DNA of 17,437 bases from a bacterium (lineage in GTDB: Bacteria; Electryoneota; AABM5-125-24; Hatepunaeales; Hatepunaeaceae): the NCBI GenBank assembly GCA_021734165.1, contig JAIPJL010000073.1:1-17437 (forward strand). The letters run 5' to 3'. Positions within the stretch are counted from its first letter, which is position 1. Every line of letters begins with the position of its first letter. The notes under the pieces are model-generated. The model ran no database searches and was not told the origin of the DNA. It saw nothing but the letters and a program-made list of their open reading frames with translations. Shown one piece after another: positions 8,243 through 15,089 of the stretch. Both the position numbers and the translations under genes were made by a program.

Positions 8243-8262
8243 GACAAGCAGGAATGCTTGTC
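8243..8262. other. Short hairpin (8-bp stem GACAAGCA / TGCTTGTC, loop GGAA) between the hisS stop and the flippase start
   Basis: Read directly. There is no adjacent U-tract on either strand, so this is at most a weak or partial terminator or an RNA processing element. Confidence 0.3.
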
Positions 8263-8271
8263 CTACTGATA

Positions 8272-9726
8272 TTACTGCTCTTTAACCCAATTAACGAATT
8301 CTATTATTCCTAAACGTTTCTGTTCACCGTCAGACAATCGTTTAGCAGTTACGATAATATCATCTATTTCAACATGTTTCTGATTAATCTCATCCTCACC
8401 AATGATCACTACATAAGGAATGCCATTCTTATCAGCGTTTTTTATTTGTTTCCCTGTCTTTTTACCGCGATCATATCCAAGTTCACATGATATACCATTA
8501 TGTTTTAGTATTTTCATCACACGACCACAAAATGCAGCGCCCAATTCATTATTAAGCAGATCAATAATCTCCACATCAACAGAAGCATTTTCAGCCTCCA
8601 ATAATCCTTTATCATTAAGAACCTCAACGATACGTTCCAGTCCGAATGATGTTCCAACCGCAGGAATAGACTGCTTGCTGAACATGCCTACTAATTCATC
8701 ATATCTACCACCGCCACAAAGTGAACCTATTGACGGATCCGATCCAACGACTTCAAAAACAGGTCCTGTATAATAATCAAGCCCCCTCGCCAGAGCCTGA
8801 TCGAAGCGGACTATGCTGTCAGGAATGCCGAGATTTTCCAGAAGTTTGAAAAGCTCTTCAAGCTGCACGAGACTTTCGTCATCACCACCGAGGAATGCCC
8901 TGATGTTCTGAAAAAGTCTGTTTAATTCATCTTTAGTCTCTATATAACATCTTTGATCCGCGAGCTCCCATAATTCATCTAACTTTGTAGTTTCGAGTCC
9001 ACGTTCTTTCATATCCTTCGCAACGCCGTCTCTTCCTATTTTGTCAAGCTTGTCAAGCGCTGTGCAGAAATTGGTAAACTGATCGGAAGTGTTACCACAA
9101 GCTTTAGAAAGCGCTTTCAGCAATCTACGATGATTTACTAATACTTCAAAGCCAGGAAAGTCCAATTCCTGAAATATATCAATTACTAGCAGGATGATTT
9201 CTGCGTCAGCTACAATCGAGTCCGTCCCGACAATATCAACGTCACACTGAATGAATTCGCGAAAGCGTCCGCGCTGAGGTCTGTCAGCGCGCCAGACCGA
9301 AGCGATTTGGTATCTCTTGAAGGGCTTGGGAAGTTCATTGGCATATTGAGCAACCACGCGCGCCAAAGAGACTGTGAGATCATATCGAAGCCCAAGATCG
9401 GATACCGCATTGCTGATCTGATCGGTCAAACCAACAGGTCCGGTTTCGGATCCCTGGTTTAATAGCAAAACCTCTTCAAGAGTGCGTTTTAAGTCATCGC
9501 CTCGTTTCAGAACTTTGTAGATGAGCTTATCGCCTTCATCACCATACTTGCCTGTCAGGATTTCGAGCCGCTCCATGGCTGGTGTTTCAAGCGGTTGAAA
9601 TCCATACAGCTCGAATATGCGAACCATTTTATCTACAACCTGCAGGCGGGGTCTAAGCTGTGCAGGCAGGTGATCCCTCATCCCTCGCGGAGGCGCCGGT
9701 TTTATTTGTTTTTTATTTTGTTTCAT
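8272..9726 (-). CDS. hisS: Histidyl-tRNA synthetase (class II aaRS)
   Basis: 484 aa. The N-terminal RGMRDHLP matches the HisRS GMxDxLP signature. Motif 2-like: YQIASVWRADRPQRGRFREFIQCDVDIVG (compare FRHERPQKGRYRQFHQ). Motif 3-like: GGGRYDELV. A C-terminal anticodon-binding domain is present (PYVVIIGEDE...), which argues against HisZ. No SD is present; a stem-loop abuts the start codon. Confidence 0.9.
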   Translation of the reverse strand: MKQNKKQIKPAPPRGMRDHLPAQLRPRLQVVDKMVRIFELYGFQPLETPAMERLEILTGKYGDEGDKLIYKVLKRGDDLKRTLEEVLLLNQGSETGPVGLTDQISNAVSDLGLRYDLTVSLARVVAQYANELPKPFKRYQIASVWRADRPQRGRFREFIQCDVDIVGTDSIVADAEIILLVIDIFQELDFPGFEVLVNHRRLLKALSKACGNTSDQFTNFCTALDKLDKIGRDGVAKDMKERGLETTKLDELWELADQRCYIETKDELNRLFQNIRAFLGGDDESLVQLEELFKLLENLGIPDSIVRFDQALARGLDYYTGPVFEVVGSDPSIGSLCGGGRYDELVGMFSKQSIPAVGTSFGLERIVEVLNDKGLLEAENASVDVEIIDLLNNELGAAFCGRVMKILKHNGISCELGYDRGKKTGKQIKNADKNGIPYVVIIGEDEINQKHVEIDDIIVTAKRLSDGEQKRLGIIEFVNWVKEQ

Positions 9727-9735
9727 AATGCAAAG

Positions 9736-9788
9736 GTTTAGAGTACACGCTTCAGCGTGTCCCAGCGGACTGAGGTATTACTCTAAAC
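9736..9788. other. Nested stem-loop: outer perfect 10-bp stem (GTTTAGAGTA / TACTCTAAAC) enclosing 33 nt that contain an inner hairpin CACGC-TTCA-GCGTG (9746-9759); its edge lies 10 nt from the hisS start codon
   Basis: Read directly; the arms are exact reverse complements. On the minus strand it is the immediate 5' leader of hisS. On the plus strand it is followed by a U-rich run (TGTATTGTTATTGTT). Confidence 0.55.
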
Positions 9789-9993
9789 TGTATTGTTATT
9801 GTTCATCCCAATATTTTGGGATGTTCCAACAGCCTGAAGGCTGAACTCTGAACTGCTATTGCTAAAGTTAGCTGTAAATTATTATGAAAGCAAGATAGCT
9901 GTTGTAGTTTAGTTAATCAAACTGTAGTCTTATGATTTTAGTAATATTGAGAGAATCCTTGTATATTTGCATTTACTCTGTTATAATTAATTC

Positions 9994-10022
9994 TTGACTT
10001 AATATAATGTAATGCTTATATT
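9994..10022 (+). promoter_or_regulatory. Putative sigma70-like promoter of the plus-strand envelope operon (-35 TTGACT 9994-9999, 17-nt spacer, -10 TATATT 10017-10022)
   Basis: Consensus-like hexamers at canonical spacing, about 25-40 nt upstream of the candidate starts at 10048 and 10063. The extended TATATTTT also resembles the FCB-group -7 element TAnnTTTG. Motif match only. Confidence 0.35.
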
Positions 10023-10047
10023 TTCACAATATTTTGTGTAACTCCCA

Positions 10048-11067
10048 ATGAATGGAACCTTGATGAAAATAGTTTTAAGACTACTTCCGCTTCTCCTGAT
10101 CGGAGTATTCATAATATCCGGTTGTAATATCTATGATTTTACCGCTGCGGATGATGACGCCAGGAGCATAGTTGAAGAGGGAAAGCAGTTACTAAGGGAC
10201 GGCGATTTCCAGGGTGCTTTAGATAAGTTTAAAGAAGCACTCGCTGACGATTCCCTTAACAGCGAATTACGTTATCTTCATGCGAAAGCAGCCATGAGGA
10301 GAACCGGGCAGAATACAATAACACTTGCAACAGAGATTTCAACTTTTCAAACGGATTCACAAAACCGAACAACACTGCCATTTTTAGATCCTGATGAATG
10401 GCCCAAAACAAAAGCCGATTCGCTTTATCAGGGTGTGCTTATTGCAGCAGAAGATTTGAAACTGATTGCAGATAGCATTGCTGTCGGCAGCATAGTACCA
10501 AAAGATATAAACCTCGGCTTAGCATTTATACTTGCGATCAACGGACTGCTTATTTTCCGTGATACAAACTCCGATACACATATAGATTATAAGGACATAG
10601 ACCTTAATGTTTTTTTCGTCAATGGCAGACTTAACATTGAAAATCTGGGGCAAATGGTTGATAGCCTCGGAATTGAAAGTGTTAACAACATGATCGATGC
10701 CATAACGGATCTGCTCATAAATGGAAGTTTGCAGATTGATGAATTCCTCGGTTCCGGTGAGGAGGATGACAGCGGAATCGATAATGAAGCTATGAAAAAT
10801 GTGATTAATAAGATTAAAGGCGGATCGAATATATATAAAATTGAGCTTGGCATTGATAACGATGGGGATTGGAATCGCTTAACTGATGATCTTGATGGTA
10901 ACGGCGTTCCGTCTGCAGATTGGGATGGGCCAGATGAAGATTTCAACGGTGATGGTAATAAACTTTACGACCCTGAACCCCATATAGACGAAGAATTTCT
11001 GGATAATATTGATAACGATGGTGATAATTTGATCGATGAAGACAGTAATGGCTCAAAGGGAATTTAG
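10048..11067 (+). CDS. Lipoprotein with N-terminal TPR-like helical segment and C-terminal aspartate-rich Ca-binding-type repeats (DxDGD / DxDGNG loops)
   Basis: 339 aa. The signal peptide with lipobox is ...LLLIGVFIISGC; an alternative start at Met6 (nt 10063) gives a more canonical MKIVLRLLPLLLIGVFIISGC. The TPR-like segment is EEGKQLLRDGDFQGALDKFKEALADD. The C-terminal 70 aa are GIDNDGDWNRLTDDLDGNGVPSADWDGPDEDFNGDGNKLYDPEPHIDEEFLDNIDNDGDNLIDEDSNG. Confidence 0.75.
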   Translation: MNGTLMKIVLRLLPLLLIGVFIISGCNIYDFTAADDDARSIVEEGKQLLRDGDFQGALDKFKEALADDSLNSELRYLHAKAAMRRTGQNTITLATEISTFQTDSQNRTTLPFLDPDEWPKTKADSLYQGVLIAAEDLKLIADSIAVGSIVPKDINLGLAFILAINGLLIFRDTNSDTHIDYKDIDLNVFFVNGRLNIENLGQMVDSLGIESVNNMIDAITDLLINGSLQIDEFLGSGEEDDSGIDNEAMKNVINKIKGGSNIYKIELGIDNDGDWNRLTDDLDGNGVPSADWDGPDEDFNGDGNKLYDPEPHIDEEFLDNIDNDGDNLIDEDSNGSKGI

Positions 11068-11071
11068 TCTA

Positions 11072-12172
11072 ATGTACTTTACGAAAACAACTCTATTCCT
11101 CTTTGTTATAGCTATACTAACTGCTTCAATTCCGGTTTATGGTCAACCACTGCACAGCGGTTACATGTCAATTGCGGCGATGGGTATGGGAGGCGCTTTT
11201 ACGACGTACTCTAGAGATGCTACCATGACGCTGACTAATCCTGCTCTGCTCAACCGGACAGGATTTCATCTTACAATAATCTCTGTCCCAGCCAGTATTG
11301 GTAATGAAGCAAAGGATATTTTTGACTTCTTCGATAATAACGCTGATAGTCTCTCGAATCTGAGTAATTTGAGTGAACCTGGCCAGCAGCAGTTGTCTGA
11401 CGAAATAAGACCTTTTGATGATAAATGGGTTAATCTCGGCGCTAATCCGTTTCTTGGTTTTACATTACCCGGTAGTAAGTTAGGTTTGGCAATCTACTCC
11501 AATATTGTAGCTGCAGTTAAGGTTGATCAGGGTGTGATGATACCTGCCGCAGGTTTGAAAGGCTATGTTGATGCAGGTGTTTCAATCGGCAAAGGTTTTA
11601 CCGTTATGGATTGGGAATCGGGATTAGCAATTCGCTATTACCAGCGAGCATCCCTTTCACCAAAACGGGTTTCCGCCAAAGATATGAACTCAACTAAAGA
11701 CATAGCCAATGAGTGGAAAAGTGAATTAACAGATATAGAATCCGGTATAGGATTAGACGCTGGTGTAATCAGATCTATATCTGAAAAAACGGATGTCGCA
11801 GTTACTGTTCAGGACTTAGTAGGAATTCGCGATGGATGGGTAAAACCAAATCTGATTACAGGTATTGCCTACAAACCGGCTGAAAATCTGATATTATGTG
11901 CTGATATGAATGACTGGTTTAATACGCAGGGGGTGGCGTTTTTTCAGAAGCTGGACATGGGCGCTGAATACAGACTTCCATTTTACAAACGCTGGTTGGG
12001 CGGGATTGGATTACGCGCAGGTGTTCATCAGGGCTATCCGACATTTGGATTTGGACTTAAAGCGCTTATATTTAACCTGAATTATGCTTATTTCGGAATG
12101 GAAGGCGGTAACAAACCAGGCCAGATCATGGAATACAGCCACAGGCTTGGTGTTTCTTTAACTTTCGATTAA
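11072..12172 (+). CDS. Putative outer-membrane beta-barrel protein, FadL/TodX/PorV-like N-terminal signature
   Basis: The track ORF starts at 11036 and overlaps the upstream gene. I place the start at Met13 (nt 11072), 4 nt after the upstream stop, giving the signal peptide MYFTKTTLFLFVIAILTASIPVYGQ. The mature N-terminus (MSIAAMGMGGAFTTYSRDATMTLTNPALL) parallels the FadL-family start (G-x-G-R-A-x-S-G-E-G-A-x-A-D-D-A...NPAL). The protein is about 365 aa with amphipathic beta patterning. The C-terminus (LTFD) is not a canonical terminal-Phe beta-signal. Confidence 0.6.
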   Translation: MYFTKTTLFLFVIAILTASIPVYGQPLHSGYMSIAAMGMGGAFTTYSRDATMTLTNPALLNRTGFHLTIISVPASIGNEAKDIFDFFDNNADSLSNLSNLSEPGQQQLSDEIRPFDDKWVNLGANPFLGFTLPGSKLGLAIYSNIVAAVKVDQGVMIPAAGLKGYVDAGVSIGKGFTVMDWESGLAIRYYQRASLSPKRVSAKDMNSTKDIANEWKSELTDIESGIGLDAGVIRSISEKTDVAVTVQDLVGIRDGWVKPNLITGIAYKPAENLILCADMNDWFNTQGVAFFQKLDMGAEYRLPFYKRWLGGIGLRAGVHQGYPTFGFGLKALIFNLNYAYFGMEGGNKPGQIMEYSHRLGVSLTFD

Positions 12173-12220
12173 CAAAGAAAATAAATATTTAAGATTGAAA
12201 TTAACAACCACGGAGGATTA

Positions 12221-13315
12221 ATGCGTAAAACCACTACTCTGTTTCTAACACTTCTGTTCATGCTGTCACTCGCAGGAACAGTTTCAGCAGCAGACGATGG
12301 CTTTCAGGAAACACTAAAAAAACTTGTGGGTGAAAACGCCGAGGGATACATAGCGCCATTTTCAACTGCTTTCGGAACGGCAATGAATTCAGGCTTGTAT
12401 CACACAGCCAAACCACATGCATTGCTTGGTTTTGACATAAGTCTCAAGCTGATGTATGTAACAGTGCCAACTGAAGGACAAACGTTTGACTTTTTCAGGG
12501 AGGGCGCCTTCCCTGTGCCTGTTGATCCAATGCTCGGCGTCACTGGTAATCAGATTGAGATCAATCTGGAGAACATTTATGCGTCTCAAGAACTGCCAAC
12601 TGTATTTGGATCTGACGAAACGGTAACCATAGCGCCAGATACTGTTGCTGCGAAAACGGAGATAATTACAAAACTTAAAGAAGGTGGCGTAACAGATGGT
12701 GAAATTGCCCTAATACCGCAAAGCGAGTGGCATCAAATGTTTGCCGCGATGCCTGCTTTCCCTATTAAAGGCATTGGTTATAGTGTTCTTCCACTGGCAA
12801 TGCCACAGGTCTCGATCGGTTTGTTAAAGGGCACGGAAGTAATGCTGCGTTTCTTTCCTGAAACTGAAGTTGACCCAGAGATTGGCACTATCGGATTATT
12901 GGGTATTGGCGTAAAGCATAGTATCAGTCAGTGGATTCCCATTCCGATGTTCCCGCTTGATATCAGTGGTCAATTTGTTTGGCAGAAATTAACCATTGGT
13001 GACATGCTCGAATCAAAACATACCTGCTTTAACATCGAAGCATCTAAAAAACTCGGGATTGGCATAAGCATAACTCCGTATGTTGGATTAGGTATGGAAT
13101 CATCAACGATGGATGTTTCATACACTCACGCAGGTGTTGATAAAATAGAGGGTACAGCGGATGATATTCCGATTAGTTTCAGCCTTGACGGTGACAACGG
13201 TTTCCGTATGACCGGTGGCGTCAGGCTTGGTCTGTTGATCGGAACTCTCAATGTTGATTATTCACTCGGTGAATACAGCGTTATTTCCGCAGGATTTGGA
13301 TTAACACTGCGTTAA
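12221..13315 (+). CDS. Secreted hypothetical protein, probable outer-membrane/beta-rich protein
   Basis: 364 aa. The SD GGAGG lies 6 nt upstream of the ATG. The signal peptide is cleavable (MRKTTTLFLTLLFMLSLAGTVSA/ADDG). It is Gly-rich with alternating hydrophobic stretches (GIGISITPYVGLGMESS, GGVRLGLLIGTLNVDYSLGEY). I recognise no family. Confidence 0.65.
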   Translation: MRKTTTLFLTLLFMLSLAGTVSAADDGFQETLKKLVGENAEGYIAPFSTAFGTAMNSGLYHTAKPHALLGFDISLKLMYVTVPTEGQTFDFFREGAFPVPVDPMLGVTGNQIEINLENIYASQELPTVFGSDETVTIAPDTVAAKTEIITKLKEGGVTDGEIALIPQSEWHQMFAAMPAFPIKGIGYSVLPLAMPQVSIGLLKGTEVMLRFFPETEVDPEIGTIGLLGIGVKHSISQWIPIPMFPLDISGQFVWQKLTIGDMLESKHTCFNIEASKKLGIGISITPYVGLGMESSTMDVSYTHAGVDKIEGTADDIPISFSLDGDNGFRMTGGVRLGLLIGTLNVDYSLGEYSVISAGFGLTLR

Positions 13316-13345
13316 TCAAAGCTGTAAAACCCGTAAAATTAAAAA

Positions 13346-13373
13346 CCCACCTGAGCAATCGGGTGGGTTTTTT
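13346..13373. terminator. Bidirectional rho-independent terminator (CCCACC-TGAGCAATCG-GGTGGG then TTTTTT; A-rich tract on the 5' side)
   Basis: Read directly: stem 13346-13351 / 13362-13367 (extendable to 9 bp with one mismatch), T6 at 13368-13373, and AAAAA at 13341-13345 for the opposite strand. It sits between the convergent genes ending at 13315 (+) and 13409 (-). Confidence 0.8.
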
Positions 13374-13408
13374 GTGATAACGAGAAATTGTTATAGCGCT
13401 TCCTTAAA

Positions 13409-14491
13409 TCAGATTATCTTATATTCCTTCAGATGATTATATGAGTCAACCACGATGACCTGTATAATCTTGTATGCCGGAATGGCGATGAACATTCCCA
13501 ACGCTCCGGCAAGCCTGCCTCCGACCAGTACCACCAATAACACCGTCGCAGGATGAACATCTACAGACCGTCCTATTAAAAACGGTTTCGCAAGGATGTT
13601 GTCGAATATCTGGATTGCAGATAAAATAATAATCATCCAGACTAATCCAACCAACGGCGGATCGTAGGTTATCAATACGATCAGACCTATAGGGAAATAG
13701 GCAATCAATGGACCGAAAAAAGGAATTGTGTTCAGTAATCCGTTGATCAATCCAAGGACTATAGCAAACTTGATACCCAATATCTCCAGCGATACCCAAG
13801 TCATTAAACCAATCACCAGTGACTCAACCAGTATGCTGCGAATGTAATTACCAAGCTGTTGATCAACGCGATATACAAGCGATAAGCTCATCTCAAAGAA
13901 GCGGTTTGGTACTTTCTCAATAAGATTCTTAACAAATAATGAACCATCCTTGAGAAAGAAGAAAATCAACATCGGTACAACTGCTGATAGCATTAATACA
14001 TTCATTGCGCCTGCAAGCAGCTTTGTTGATTGTTGAAGAAATGCTGAAACCGTCGAAGTGAATTTACCCACCCAATCCTGCATTTGATCCTGACCCATTC
14101 CAACCCAGTCGGAAAAACCTGGCAGTCGAATATCTACCCAGGAAACAACGCTGGTGTAATAAGCATTAAAATCAATATCTTTCAGTATAGCTACAAGCAG
14201 GAATCCCTGGTCAATCAGTACCGGAATGAAAAATCGAAGTGATACAACAATTACTACAGCAGTTAATACAAAAACTCCTGCAATAGCCCATACTCTGGGC
14301 ACACCGAGATGTTCGAAATGAGCGACTCCAGGCTTCATTACATAGGTAATTATAATGGAAACAATCAGCATTACCAGCAGGTCGCTGATTAATGGAAAGA
14401 TAAGCAGGAAGATTACCAGCGATGCGATAAAGAAAATCGAGAGCAAGATACGACGATAAACCGGACTAATTACCGGATGAGCTGGAATCAT
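13409..14491 (-). CDS. AI-2E family transporter (PerM/TqsA/YdiK-like, UPF0118)
   Basis: 360 aa with about 8 TM helices. Family signatures: GLINGLLNTIPFFGPLIAYFPIGL and PFLIGRSVDVHPATVLLVVLVGGRLAGALGMFIAIPA. The start ATG overlaps the upstream stop as ATGA (14488-14491). Confidence 0.88.
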   Translation of the reverse strand: MIPAHPVISPVYRRILLSIFFIASLVIFLLIFPLISDLLVMLIVSIIITYVMKPGVAHFEHLGVPRVWAIAGVFVLTAVVIVVSLRFFIPVLIDQGFLLVAILKDIDFNAYYTSVVSWVDIRLPGFSDWVGMGQDQMQDWVGKFTSTVSAFLQQSTKLLAGAMNVLMLSAVVPMLIFFFLKDGSLFVKNLIEKVPNRFFEMSLSLVYRVDQQLGNYIRSILVESLVIGLMTWVSLEILGIKFAIVLGLINGLLNTIPFFGPLIAYFPIGLIVLITYDPPLVGLVWMIIILSAIQIFDNILAKPFLIGRSVDVHPATVLLVVLVGGRLAGALGMFIAIPAYKIIQVIVVDSYNHLKEYKII

Positions 14492-15051
14492 TTCGCTTCT
14501 AACTCCCTGATACGATCGCGACTTTCAGCGAGCCGTCTGTTTGCTTCACGCAGCCTGTTTATAATGATAATGGCAAGTCTTTCCATTAGTAATAAACCCA
14601 ACTTCGGTCGTCTGTGCATCAAATCTTTCAGTTGAGGTCGGAATATCCCCACCAACTGAGTCTTGCCAATCGCATTTACTGTAGCAGATCGATAAACCTC
14701 CTCAACGAGAGACATTTCACCGAAAAAATCTCCTTTATTAAGAATAGCAACTTCAGTTTTCACTCCACCAAGATCAATATTTAAAACTCTGGCGGATCCT
14801 TCGATAATTATATACATCCCCAAGCCGGGTGTATCATACTCAAAAATTATCTCCCCATCTGAGTAAATCCTCTGATGAAATAGATCTGAAAGCTCTCGCC
14901 AATCCCTCTGGGACAGCTTACTGAATAACGACAGCGAAGTGAGAATCTCCTTTATATCGATGTCACGCTTCTCCTTAGAAATAACTACAGGCTGCCAATC
15001 TACCTCCGTAGTGTAACTCTCGGTTTTCATTTTATCGTCCTGTTCATTCAT
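14488..15051 (-). CDS. Stand-alone cyclic-nucleotide-binding (CNB/cNMP_binding) domain protein, no DNA-binding domain
   Basis: 187 aa. It has a CNB beta-roll with a phosphate-binding cassette (GDFFGEMSLVEEVYRSATVNA, carrying the conserved Gly-Glu and Arg-Ser/Thr-Ala). An N-terminal extension of about 50 aa and a short C-terminal coiled-coil are present (RLAESRDRIRELEAK). No HTH. A GGAGA SD lies 8 nt upstream. Confidence 0.85.
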   Translation of the reverse strand: MNEQDDKMKTESYTTEVDWQPVVISKEKRDIDIKEILTSLSLFSKLSQRDWRELSDLFHQRIYSDGEIIFEYDTPGLGMYIIIEGSARVLNIDLGGVKTEVAILNKGDFFGEMSLVEEVYRSATVNAIGKTQLVGIFRPQLKDLMHRRPKLGLLLMERLAIIIINRLREANRRLAESRDRIRELEAK

Positions 15052-15089
15052 TCAATTTTCTCCATGTCTGAAACTATTCTGTAATTTAA

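Noticed and set aside
8272-9726. HisZ (ATP phosphoribosyltransferase regulatory subunit) instead of HisRS
   Set aside because: The protein retains a C-terminal anticodon-binding domain and intact class II motifs 2 and 3 (GGGRYD). HisZ paralogues lack the anticodon-binding domain.
9727-10047. tmRNA, RNase P RNA, SRP RNA or T-box in the large intergenic region
   Set aside because: I could not find the conserved SRP domain IV motif, a tRNA-like acceptor/T-arm with GTTCRANTC, or T-box specifier/antiterminator features by eye. The region is also short for RNase P or tmRNA. A generic structured leader or sRNA remains possible (see findings).
11036-11071. Track start of the FadL-like gene at 11036, overlapping the lipoprotein gene by 32 nt
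   Set aside because: The upstream 12 codons (MKTVMAQREFSL) precede a much better start, Met13 at 11072, which gives a canonical signal peptide and sits 4 nt after the upstream stop. The overlap is an ORF-caller artefact.
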